64,000 nt of DNA from Octopus bimaculoides (taxonomy: Eukaryota). The position numbers and the translations under genes were made by a program. Location: positions 1,067,425 through 1,131,424 of the forward strand of contig NC_069003.1 in NCBI RefSeq assembly GCF_001194135.2, in the 5' to 3' direction. The notes under the pieces are model-generated. The model did no database searches. It saw nothing but the letters and a program-made list of their open reading frames with translations, and was not told where the DNA came from. Shown piece after piece: positions 41,982 to 54,082 of this stretch; the stretch's first letter is position 1, and each line of letters opens with the position of its first letter.

Positions 41982-42526
41982 GAGTGAGAGAGCAGCGCAT
42001 ACCATCAAAATGACATTGGGGTACAATTATACGAAGCCCAATGTACCCATCATGACTACCCATCTGATAAGGGTACACCAGACACATGCATCACAACCAC
42101 ATGTGCGCAACATGGTGATCTTATATCAAGATAAACAGCGCATAAACTTGCAGGTGAGGACCAGTTAGAATTTTCTTCAAGTTGAGTAGCCCATTGCACT
42201 TAAAAGGTTTCTGAATAAGGTTTGTTTGAGGGTGATGAACGAAACACCCATGTTTCCAGAGGTGAATTATTCAAACCCCAAAGAAATACTCTCAACATAT
42301 GACTATGATGCTCTTCAACAACTTCTGCTCGTGTTCAGAGACGCACACCCATCAAGGGACGTGCTCGAATGGTTAAGGTCAAACATTTGACAAGAAAATC
42401 TGGGGTAGTGAGAAGAATACTTACTGTAGCCCATCTGTTATACCGAAGCAAAACAATGTACATAACACATCCAATCAGTTAAATCAGAAGCCATGAGAGC
42501 CACACCCTGGTATGGCACCAGAGCAT
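41982..42526. mobile_element. Non-coding ~545-bp interspersed element flanked on both sides by (TTA)n
   Basis: Begins gagtgagagagcagcgc right after ttattattatt (41971-41981) and ends gagcatt into (TTA)n; no ORF or TIR seen. It resembles a high-copy octopus repeat as I recall it (unverified). Confidence 0.55.
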
Positions 42527-42586
42527 TTATTATTATTATTATTATTATTATTGCGCAATTACCAGTGCTTTTATTATCATTGCTAC

Positions 42587-42619
<33 letters not shown>

Positions 42620-42746
42620 CCCACCAAGGTCGACTTTGCCTTCCGTCCTTCCATAGTACGTAAATTAAGTACCAGTCGTGCATTGGGGTCGATATTATCG
42701 ACGAGCCGACTCACTAAAATCTTCAAGTTTTGTGCTTAAAGCAGCA

Positions 42747-42800
<54 letters not shown>
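42620..42800 (+). mobile_element. SINE family A, 5'-truncated, with (TTA)n tail
   Basis: ggtcgactttgccttccgtcc...aattaagtaccag...ggggtcgatattatcgac followed by a long (TTA)n. Confidence 0.75.
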
Positions 42801-45110
42801 GTTTCTGCTGTTGCTGTTTTTGGTTCTGTTGGTTTTCATTTTATTGCTGTTGTCGCTTAACTTTCATTTGTCCACCTGTGATAATGTTGAAATTTCTCTG
42901 TCTAGACATTTGTAACACATGTTTAGGCGACAAATTTGGGCGAATCACTGACTTGCAATTTCCCACACCTTTGACACTGTACCTGCCATTTGACGTGTCT
43001 ATACAAAAATATATACCACAAACTTATATAATAATATATACTTCTATATATTAGTTTTACTAAAATAAGTTTTATTACATTTCTTCTGAGAAATATACCT
43101 GAGTAACCATTGATCTTCTCGTAACTAGTGTCACGTACCTACTTCTCCACTAGACTGCGTGCCTGTCAGAAAAATGCCTAAAATTTCTTCTAAAAATTGT
43201 ATTTGTCTTCGGTATGCAAATGTAATTTTTCTAAGAAATAGCTCACTAATGTTAATTTTCAAAGCTTTATAATTCCACTGGTTTCGTTCCAGAATCCGAG
43301 ATTCGAATTTAACCAGCAACCAGCCAAATACCATTTGAAGCTAGGAGCCAATTTCCGATCACCTGATACGCTTTGCGTAACTCATGTATAAAGCACGTTA
43401 TCTAACAACCAACTAATTACCAAGTATTCTTCTACAAGTATTGTCAGCCATTTTCCTTTCAGTGTTATTGATCATAGCCCCTCTAACTTCTGCAGTATTT
43501 TGTAATCTTTTTTTACATTATATGAAGGCACTGGTACATCTACGAAACTGGCGTTATATTCATACTTTCCAGTAATATCTGGTATTTAGATTAACGTTAA
43601 TTTGTTTGCCGTTGCAACACCTCAACAAATTCGGTCTTACATGCATACACACTTTCATCATTATAAATAATTAAGGTGCCTATTCGCAATTTAGAACCGA
43701 TAGGCAGCAAGTACACTCGTCAGACGGCTAGAAATAAGAGTCGAAACAACTCTTAGCCACGTGAGATCACTTTTCTAACTGCTCACAAGGGAGACAAGAT
43801 TCCGTCTTGCGATAAATGAGGGTTCACTTTCATCCTTATGTACACTCCCTATTTTTTCTGATAGAAGAATTTCAAACAGAATATATTCTGTAAAATTATA
43901 TTATAGGTTACTAATGTCTATTGAGGTTGATGTTGATGGGCTGTTACATTACAATCGAAATTCCACGAATAAACACTACGTATACGCACACATGTAGCTT
44001 AGATTTGATGACCAAACATTAATGTTATGCATTTGGAAGTATTTAATATTCATAAGGTACCACAGTCACGTGGCAAGTTTCTTTCTAATTAGGAACAACA
44101 CCAATCACTTCCTTATGACAACTGATATCTCCCGAAAATTTAACCTTCAACATCGCTCAATTATACTTCTGTATTTCCTCTCTCTCTCAACTGCTCACTC
44201 TTCTCGCTCTCTCTCCTTCTCTCTCTCTCTCCTATCTCTCTCTGCTCACTCTTCTCACTCCCCCCCNNNNNNNNNNNNNNNNNNNNNNNNNNNNNNNNNN
44301 NNNNNNNNNNNNNNNNNNNNNNNNNNNNNNNNNNNNNNNNNNNNNNNNNNNNNNNNNNNNNNNNNNNNNNNNNNNNNNNNNNNNNNNNNNNNNATATATA
44401 TATACATATACATACGTAAATGTGTGTGTCTGTGTGTATCCGAGCTTGTCAAGTAACAACACACCCAATATATAATGTATATACATATGTAAATACCCCC
44501 CCCCCACACACGCATATATGCACGTATTCATATTTAGGGTCTTGTTTAATCTGTTTAAATGAATACTTTGTATCTTATGATTGTTTTATTGTTTCCTCGT
44601 TTCTGCTTTGCACGTAAGAAATGGCTGTCGCTTTATGCTGTTCGGAATCTAAACATTCAAATATATTTTTCAATTCCTAGTTTCGTTTTCTTTTTTGCAA
44701 CCGCAGAATACGTTCGTTTGATTTGTCGTTTTAGACTCATAATCTTCGAGAAATTCTATTTAAGTATTTTATAGAGATACGGTGTATTTTCGGGATTTGT
44801 TGTCAGTTTATAAATCGTGTTAATTCGGGGAAAAGAAAATCAAGAATAGAATTTCAAAAAAGAAACGGAAGGAACGGCGATTCCAGTGGAACGTGTTCTG
44901 ACAATGTGGATTGCGAATTTCAATAAAATGCGCACGGCTTTACAAGAAATGACAATCAAACGAAGGCTGTCAATCTGTTTGCAGTAATCTAAAGAAAGCA
45001 GAAAGAAGAAAACGGAGATAACATGGAAACTAAGGAAATATTTTCCAGTTTTGAATGGTTCGGTAGTTTTGGAGCCTGTTCCAGAATCCGTATCTTTTTT
45101 TTTTTTTTAG

Positions 45111-45203
45111 TTTTGAGAGTACAAGTGCAGACTTTGGTACAGCAAACAGATATCCTGCAGAAGTGAAATCAATTGTTTGTAGAAGGTGGTGGTTTGGCTT
45201 ATG
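45111..45203 (+). other. Candidate exon (93 nt)
   Basis: Acceptor T14-AG and donor ATG|GTAAGA; one open frame xFESTSADFGTANRYPAEVKSIVCRRWWFGL, or alternatively a UTR exon ending in ATG. Confidence 0.3.
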
Positions 45204-45654
45204 GTAAGAATTAAACGTTAATGAATCGAATATATTTTGGAAACGAATCTGTAGAAAAGGAAAATTACATCAACAGTTCAGTTCTGTTAATGGTTGTGTA
45301 ATGCTTTTATTGGCTAAGTATAACGTTGCTGATTTATTTATCAAATATTTCACTTGTTCTTAAGAAGACAAGCAAGATGGCTTAAGCAGCTAATTGGAAA
45401 TAGAAAAGAAAAGAAGAAAAAAAGATCGGGTTACGTTCAAAGATCAATATTTAAAAATTGATTCAAGAAATGTTTTCGTCCTGAGGAGAAAAGTCTTTTA
45501 ATATTACTCCCTAAAATCTTTAAGACTTCCAGGGCGATGTGCCAGGTCAGACAAATGAACTGGGGGAAATGTCGAAACTTTAAGGTTGTAGCTTAACCAT
45601 GAAATACGAAATGGGTATCTAGCAACGTTCAAGGCCAACTGATTGAAGCAAACA

Positions 45655-45779
45655 CTTTAGATCGACCTCAGTACGTAACTGGTAGTTAATGTATCCACCA
45701 CGAAAGTATGAAAGGCAAAGTTGACATCGGTGGTCAACGAAATGCCGCTAAGCATTTCGACCGACGTGCTAACGTTTCT
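45655..45779 (-). mobile_element. SINE family A, internally deleted
   Basis: gaaagtatgaaaggcaaagttgacatcgg joins directly to aaatgccgctaagcatttcgaccgacgtgctaacgtttct; the B-box segment is missing. Confidence 0.7.
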
Positions 45780-47443
45780 TATTCATTTATTACCCACAAG
45801 GAGCTAAACATAGAAACTATGAAAAGCGGGAACAGCTTTTAAGGAAGCGAACAGAAATTATCTAATGTGGTTTATGACAAGGAATGTCTGGAATAGATGA
45901 CAGTAATATCAGGCAGCAGGCCGTATGATGGAGGTCCTCGATGGTGATGAGATTTGAAATGTAGAGGATGCTGGGATGTAGATAAAAGAATTGTCAATGA
46001 AAGTATTCCATGCTATGTTTAAGTGGAGGAGGAGGTTGGAAACAAATTCATTTGCATTTGCATCAAGATCTACAGAAATACATGTGCATAATACATATAC
46101 AGATGCACCGACACACACACACATAAATAAATGCAAATACACACATTCACTCAGAAATATACACACATATAGAATTTAAAGGCAGAATAACTCAACAACT
46201 ATGATTGATCTTTGTATGTGACTGAAATCAAACTCCCTCCCGCCCCGGGGTGTTATAAATTTTTTGATTCTTAATTCTGGAATTCTGTTACTTTCGATTC
46301 ATAACAAGTCATTATTTATTCTTCGGTCATTTCGTTCCATTCCAATTTTGATTTCAATGGATAGATATTATGGTATGTTAAGTGGCACTTTTATTTTTTT
46401 TCACCTATAAAGCCTAATTGATTGTTAGAGAACATTCAGTTAGTTTGTTGCTCCCCAAATCACTGATTTGCTGTTGAAAAACGATTTCACAATTAAAAGG
46501 TTTATATCGTGTTTTAAAAAAACACTTAACAAATCAATGTTTACATAAGCGAGGTTTATGAAAAACAAAACAGAACTTCATTTTAAAATTAATTTAGCAA
46601 CAATTTAATTACTCCACTCTAATTCAAATAATTCTCTTTACTTTCAGTACATCAATCCCATAATTTTTTTTTTAATTTTCGAAAATTTCAGGGAAGATAT
46701 TTTCAAGGTTTTGAGCCGTTATAACAAATTTTGATTGAGTTATTCTATTATCTAAAATTGACCACATTCCACACTTAGAGCTGCGCCAAAATGTTGCTGC
46801 TAAAATTATGCATAAACCGGTGCGTTGTCGCTGTGTGCCATCCAGGTTTTCTCTTACTCATGCTTATTCGCCTAGTCTATTCCTTCTCGTTGCTTCCTTT
46901 GAACGCCTTCAGGCATCCAAATCACACCACCATCATGTATGAACGCCTCTGACATAGATAGGTAGATAGATAGACAGACACAAAAATAAAAAAGGAGTGA
47001 GAGAAGGGGTATAGAGAGTCGGAAAGAGGAAGAGAGAAGTATATTGTATAACTCTACATAGATATTTAGATATTTAGAAGTGTTGAGCATGCTTGTGTGA
47101 TATGTTGATATTCTTTATCAAATGTTTCTCAGATGTGTGCATTTCACATATGCACACAACGATAAGCTTTGCTCTCACCTGTTTCCTCCCATTGTGTTAC
47201 ATACATTTAAGTACAAACTTGCCCAAGTGTACACACATACACGCGTACATATATATATATATTTATACATATGTATATATTTATATATATACATATATAC
47301 ATATATATATTTATACATATGTATATATTTATATATATACATATATACATATATATATTTATATATATGCATACATACATATATACATATACATATATAT
47401 ATTTATATATATGCATATACATAGATATATATATACATACGTA

Positions 47444-47475
<32 letters not shown>

Positions 47476-47772
47476 NNNNNNNNNNNNNNNNNNNNNNNNN
47501 NNNNNNNNNNNNNNNNNNNNNNNNNNNNNNNNNNNNNNNNNNNNNNNNNNNNNNNNNNNNNNNNNNNNNNNNNNNNNNNNNNNNNNNNNNNNNNNNNNNN
47601 NNNNNNNNNNNNNNNNNNNNNNNNNNNNNNNNNNNNNNNNNNNNNNNNNNNNNNNNNNNNNNNNNNNNNNNNNNNNNNNNNNNNNNNNNNNNNNNNNNNN
47701 NNNNNNNNNNNNNNNNNNNNNNNNNNNNNNNNNNNNNNNNNNNNNNNNNNNNNNNNNNNNNNNNNNNNNNNN

Positions 47773-47965
47773 AGATAGATAGATGCATATACATACATAT
47801 ATAGATAGATAGATAGATGCATATACATACATATATATATATATATAGATAGATAGATAGATGCATATACATACATATATATATGTATATATATATATAG
47901 ATAGATAGATAGATGCATATACATACATATATATATATATATAGATAGATAGATGCATATACATA
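47773..47965. repeat. Compound minisatellite, five copies
   Basis: (agat)n-gcatatacatacatat-(at)n unit repeated five times beside the 47476-47772 gap. Confidence 0.85.
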
Positions 47966-47985
47966 CATATATATATATACATATA

Positions 47986-48021
<36 letters not shown>

Positions 48022-48047
48022 TGTATCCATATAAACATATATGCATG

Positions 48048-48093
<46 letters not shown>

Positions 48094-48567
48094 TATGTGT
48101 GTGTTTGTGTGTGTGTGTATATGGATATTGCAACATATGTGCTTCTATATGTATGTGAAATATTGAATATTGTTGTTCTTGATGTGCATGCCAGCTTTTT
48201 AATATCTCGACAATATTGAATGCTATAATGTGGTAACAGAAACTTAACATGTGGTAAGGTAGGGGAGATAATCTCCCTCACCACCTCAAAACATTATCTG
48301 CAACACGTGACCAGTGTTTGTCCCCCTCCACCACCGATCACGTCACCGCTCTCCTAACCTGCAACACAAACCAGCACAACACGGCAATAAAACAAATATA
48401 ATTTATACAAAAGCGGTCTTTGATCTTCGAGGCCATAAAGGTCGCCCTTAAAAGCATCTCGGTAAACAAACACCCTTCTGATCTTGTGACGACCAGCTTT
48501 ATGCTTAATGGTGGCATATAGCTGCGTGGGTATTTGTGTGTGCGTGCGTGTGCGTGGGTGCGTGTGC

Positions 48568-48630
<63 letters not shown>

Positions 48631-48990
48631 CGTGCGNNNNNNNNNNGTGTGTGTGTGTGTGTGTGTGCGCGCGCGCGTGCGTGCGTGCGAGCGTGCGCCC
48701 ATGTATGAATGTGTGGGCTTACATTCATAGATATACACATATACAAGAACACTTATGACAAACATTATGTATTCATGCGTATGTATACATAGACAGCAAC
48801 CACACACACACACACACGCGTGCGCGCGTGCGCACATACACGTATATATAAAGTATACACATGCGTGAGTGTATGTACATATGTATATATGTATGTTCTT
48901 ATTTAACTATAAATCCATTCTTCTCTCCTTTCTCTCTATATTAATTTTTGCCCCACCCTGCTCCCTCTCTCTCCGTGTATATATATATAT

Positions 48991-49098
<108 letters not shown>

Positions 49099-49874
49099 GT
49101 ATGTATATATAAATATACATCAAACAATTTAATTTTGTGGCGAGAGTGAAAAATCGAAGCAATATCTACACGTACATGCGTACAATCATACATACATACA
49201 CAGAACCTATATATACATGCACATGGAAAACATATCTCATATACTATCACCGACACCCACATGTGAATGCATCCATACACACATATACACACTCATATAC
49301 ATGCATGTCTATAAAACGTTAAGTGTACGTGATGTGTAAGTGAAATTTTTAATGGCTGTGATAATTGCATATCGTGTCTTTGCCCGGTTTCGTGTTTGTC
49401 TCTTCGCATGCGCAGTTCTGCCATTTTATGTATTAAACGAAAGGGTCACATTTTTTTTCAAATTATTATCACTACTGTTGCTGTTGTTGTTGATAACGCT
49501 GCTGCTGCTGCTGCTGCTGCTGCTTCTGTTGTCTTTGTTATCGTAGTTCAGATTACGTTTGATCAAGTTGATGTGAGTTTCTATTATATCATAAAATAAT
49601 GTTGCTCACACACCTCCATCTTCCCGAGGTGTGTTCAACATTATCTTATGGAGGTGTCTGTTTCTTGTATTATGTTAATGATTCTCGTATTGCATAGTCT
49701 TTATAAACTGTGTCGAGTTCTTTGGTTGGATGCCGTTTATGGCTTAGTCGTGCGCTTTGTGCTTCTTATTGTATTTAAATGACAGGCCATTTTATAACGT
49801 ATTTTTTTAACATAGGTTGTGTAATAATAATACTTTAAAATTTGGGGACAGGGGCAGTGGTTCTAGTACGGAAA

Positions 49875-50030
49875 GGTAAGTCGATGTCCTCCACCCCAAT
49901 GCTCCATCGATCCGCAAAGTATGAATTGCAAACTCGACGTCTGCGGCATTTGAACTCAGAACTTAAAGACGAACGAAATACCGCAAAGCATTTTGTCCGG
50001 CGTGCTAACGATTCTGACAGCTCGTCGTCT
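49875..50030 (-). mobile_element. SINE family A
   Basis: Plus strand gcggcatttgaactcagaacttaaagacgaacgaaataccgcaaagcattttgtccggcgtgctaacgattctgacagctcgtcg is the reverse complement of the family A head. Confidence 0.8.
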
Positions 50031-50100
50031 CAGGTTTTCTTATTTGGAAAATGTGTGAAAAATGTGAGATGTGTCAGTTATTTTGTGTTATACTGGAGTA

Positions 50101-51187
50101 CGAGAAGATTCTGGAAAGTTCCTGGCTTGAAGTTTTTCGCGAAAGGTCGGACCGGAGGCCTAGCTTTCCGAGTTGTTTACAGTGACGACTGGCGGAAGAA
50201 TGGGATTTGATATAAGTAAACAAATTACCATTCCTCCGCCAGTCATCACTGTGACTTCAAAATCATGTCAGGAATTTGTCAAGACTTGTCCAATGAATAG
50301 ATGAAAGGTCCTGAATTAATGGGAACTCTGTCTAAATCCTACATATCATTTAAAATCATTTAATTAAGTTATTGTTCAAAAGAGTTCAAGAAATCTTCTC
50401 ATATTCTTCGCAATATTCCGATTGCAAGCATCTTGATTATTTATTCACTGTAATATTTCCATATTCTATGAAACGTTTTATGGAAGTCGACTAACGTGGG
50501 ATATATTGGCATTTGATGGTCCCTAAATATCTCGCATATGATTGTCGTGTTGTTTATCTCCTCTATCCTGCTCTAATTTTCATAGGGACCAGCAATAATT
50601 ATTCTTTGAAACTATCTTTGGTTATTATTTTTCCCTTTAAACGCTGATTTACTACGGTGGCTTATTTAGCTTCTGGGGGTGATAATATCCACATTTCTAC
50701 AAATTCCCTTTTCTTTTCAATAAAATCATTAGTGTTTTTGGGGATAGTCATATTCTCGTCCTAATCGGGTTGCTTATTTCACGCAGCAATTCTATAATGT
50801 TTATATCAGCTGCGCCGTAATATTGTTCTCTCTTGTCATTTTGTTTGTTTTGAAATACATTATAGATTTGTTATCCGTTTCTGATATCAAGAGAAGAAAA
50901 TGATATTGGTTTAAATATATTTGATATGGAAATCCAGTAGAAAAAAAATATATCTAGTCACGGTGACAAGTTATAAACATGCAGAGCAAACAAACGATGA
51001 CATGGACACAAATGCCGTCCAAATTTGTGAACCATACGTAGTATCAGGAGAAGAAGAGGAAAACTAATGTAGCCTATTGCAAACGATGAACTAAGTACTG
51101 GAGACCGCCACCTCCCGACCTAGGCTAGGCCTCCGGTCAGGCCTTTCGCGAAAAGCTTCAAGCCAGGAACTTTACAACGTCTTCTCG
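50101..51187. mobile_element. 1087-bp segment bounded by inverted mariner-type ends and TA dinucleotides
   Basis: TA-cgagaagattctggaaagttcctggcttgaag...ggaggcctagc and the reverse complement of the right end match at 59/66 (counting the TA); TA at 50099-50100 and 51188-51189. Confidence 0.75.
50280..50830 (-). mobile_element. RTE-type LINE reverse transcriptase remnant
   Basis: GAADINIIELL...LMILLKRKGNL*KCGYYHP (PG.D.I..ELL and KKGD...NYRPI-like) and EIFRDHQMPIYPTLVDFHKTFHRI (FVDFEKAFDSI-like); heavily decayed. Confidence 0.75.
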
Positions 51188-51314
51188 TACCCCAGCATAA
51201 CACAAAACAAGTCTATATTAATTTATATACATGTTTTCTTGTGGTTTGCCTTGCATTTACTTCGCATCGTTCTGGCCTTACTATCTATTAAAATATACTA
51301 TGTATACTGCCCAT

Positions 51315-51440
51315 GTCGAATTTGCATTTTATCTATTGAAGGTCGATCAAATGAGTACCAGTGAAGTATTGGAGTCGATGTAATCGACTATCCCCCTTCC
51401 TTACACTTCCTGGCCTCGTGCCTCAATCTGAAACCAATAT
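51315..51440 (+). mobile_element. SINE family A, 3' part
   Basis: ggtcgatcaaatgagtaccagtgaagtattggagtcgatgtaatcgactatcccccttcc...tggcctcgtgcc. Confidence 0.75.
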
Positions 51441-51642
51441 CTATATAAATTAATTAAATACAAATGTACACACGTATTCAAAATAAACCAATTGCTTAGA
51501 TTTGGGTTATAAATATCTATGTATATATACACATATTTTTCATATACACACACACAAACATATATATATATATATATACATATATATGTATGTAGGAGTA
51601 TAAACCTTCATCTCTATGAAAATAAGCAACTATCTATCTCAC

Positions 51643-51692
<50 letters not shown>

Positions 51693-52210
51693 GTGTGTGT
51701 GCGTGTATAAATGCGTGTGCTGAGGGGCTGGCGGTCACGTTTGTGTGCTTGGTTGCGCATGTATGTATGCTTGTTTTTGTTGTTCAAACCTGCAGAATTT
51801 ATTGCACGTTGCTGCAAATGCAGTCAGTGAATGAAACGCATAATCTCCTCTCTCTCACTCACTCACTCTCTCTATTTCCCCTCTCTCACTCTCTATTCCC
51901 CTCTCTCTTCTTCACACACACGTGCCCACAAATACACGCATACACACAATAAATCCAACTTGTCATCTTCCTCCACTTTCTCCAAAATGTAACAACAACG
52001 ACAACAACAATCACAACAGCAGTAACTGTAATAATTTCATACCGAAACCAATAAAATCACATACAGAATTTTTTGTTTTTTTTTTCGTGAATAGCTTAGC
52101 GACATTGAATATAACGAGATTATGCGAGAAATCTAGATAATAAAAATAAAAATATTTGAAAATATCAAATAAAAAAAAGCTACTAAAAAAGCAAAGAAAT
52201 AAATGTGTGG

Positions 52211-52422
52211 GCGGAAGTGAATCAGCACATTTTGCAAATATTGGCATATTTGAATCTATGTAGCGTCGTCAGGTGATAAAACACGGCTTAGTAAATAGTT
52301 GCCCGATGGAATTCTACGGTTGATATCGTGGATTTTACTTAACAAAGAAAATTACCCATTTCCATTTTTGCATGCCATTATGTGGACAACTCCATTCCGA
52401 TGTTACAGTAGAGCGCATGCGC
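52211..52422 (+). repeat. Diverged duplicated module, copy 1
   Basis: gcggaagtgaatcagcacattttgcaaata...gcgcatgcgc; homologous to 53872-54082. Confidence 0.8.
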
Positions 52423-52601
52423 TTGTTTGATTAAAATGTAGGAAGTCGTTGTTTTTTTTTTTCTCATTTACTTTTCTTTATTTTATAAGGAACTATATAT
52501 AAAATAATATATTAGTTGCTTGGATACTAACACACCAATATTCATATACACACCCCCTTGATATATATTACACATATGTATATACGTACTCTTTCATATA
52601 T

Positions 52602-52649
<48 letters not shown>

Positions 52650-53111
52650 NNNNNNNNNNNNNNNNNNNNNNNNNNNNNNNNNNNNNNNNNNNNNNNNNNN
52701 NNNNNNNNNNNNNNNNNNNNNNNNNNNNNNNNNNNNNNNNNNNNNNNNNNNNNNNNNNNNNNNNNNNNNNNNNNNNNNNNNNNNNNNNNNNNNNNNNNNN
52801 NNNNNNNNNNNNNNNNNNNNNNNNNNNNNNNNNNNNNNNNNNNNNNNNNNNNNNNNNNNNNNNNNNNNNNNNNNNNNNNNNNNNNNNNNNNNNNNNNNNN
52901 NNNNNNNNNNNNNNNNNNNNNNNNNNNNNNNNNNNNNNNNNNNNNNNNNNNNNNNNNNNNNNNNNNNNNNNNNNNNNNNNNNNNNNNNNNNNNNNNNNNN
53001 NNNNNNNNNNNNNNNNNNNNNNNNNNNNNNNNNNNNNNNNNNNNNNNNNNNNNNNNNNNNNNNNNNNNNNNNNNNNNNNNNNNNNNNNNNNNNNNNNNNN
53101 NNNNNNNNNNN

Positions 53112-53400
53112 ATATATGTTTGTATATATATATATGTATATGTATATATGTTTGTATATATATATATGTATATGTATATGTATATATGTTTATATATATA
53201 TATATATGTATATGTATATATGTTTATATATATATATATATGTATATGTATATATGTTTATATATATATATATATATGTATATAAGCTTGTATATGTATA
53301 TAAGTTTGTATATGTATATATGTTTGTATATATATGTATATATGTTTGTATATATATGTATATATGTTTGTATATATATATATGTATATGTTTGTATATA
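53112..53400. repeat. TA/TG compound minisatellite
   Basis: Repeated tatatgttt(g)tatatatatatatgtatatg units beside the 52650-53111 gap. Confidence 0.85.
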
Positions 53401-53871
53401 TATATATATATATGTGTGTGTGTTTGTGGGTATGTATGCATAGTTATACATACACATACACACTCCCGCATGCACATACACACTTGTATATATAACGATG
53501 TGAAATTCTGCCTGGATTAGGTTTTGTTTATTCGAGATATTTGTCACTTTTCGGGGCTGTAAATGAAGGATGAATATACGTTTTTATACGCGATTCTACA
53601 CAGGTTAGCATGTCTGTAGATACATCTATATATCTGTAAATACTTCTATACGTGAATGTATGAAGAAATAAATACATATATATAGATAAACAGATAAGCA
53701 TGAATGTTTATGTGTGTGTGTGTGTGTGTATAGATGTGTGCGTATACTTGGCATTCTGGGTACGGTGATATTCAATAAGATTTCAGTTAATTCACCAAAT
53801 ATTTCACCATCATCATTTGGAAAAGAATATAGCACAATAAATAAATAAATGAATAAAAAAGTATAAAAATA

Positions 53872-54082
53872 GCGGAAGTGATTCAGCACATTTCGCAAAT
53901 AGTGCTATTTACGAAAGTATGTCGTTTCATCACGTGATGAAATGCGGTTTTTGCAAATACTTGCCTAGTTTAATACTTTTGTGGATTGGATGGTTTTTAG
54001 TTAAGAAGAACACTTTGCTATTCCCACGTCGTAAGTATATTCATCGCCATTTTCATTTCGATGGAAATGTTCAGCGCATGCG
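53872..54082 (+). repeat. Diverged duplicated module, copy 2
   Basis: gcggaagtgattcagcacatttcgcaaata (28/30 to copy 1)...gcgcatgcg; contains the 18-bp palindrome tttcatcacgtgatgaaa (53925-53942). Confidence 0.8.

Noticed and set aside
43131-43334. 67-aa minus-strand ORF ending near G|GTACGT
   Set aside because: Poor acceptor and no recognisable family; AT-rich chance ORF is as likely.
48600-48700. Duplicated (GT)n-(GC)n block either side of a 10-N gap
   Set aside because: Same sequence on both sides of a fixed 10-N spacer indicates contig-end overlap, not a biological duplication.
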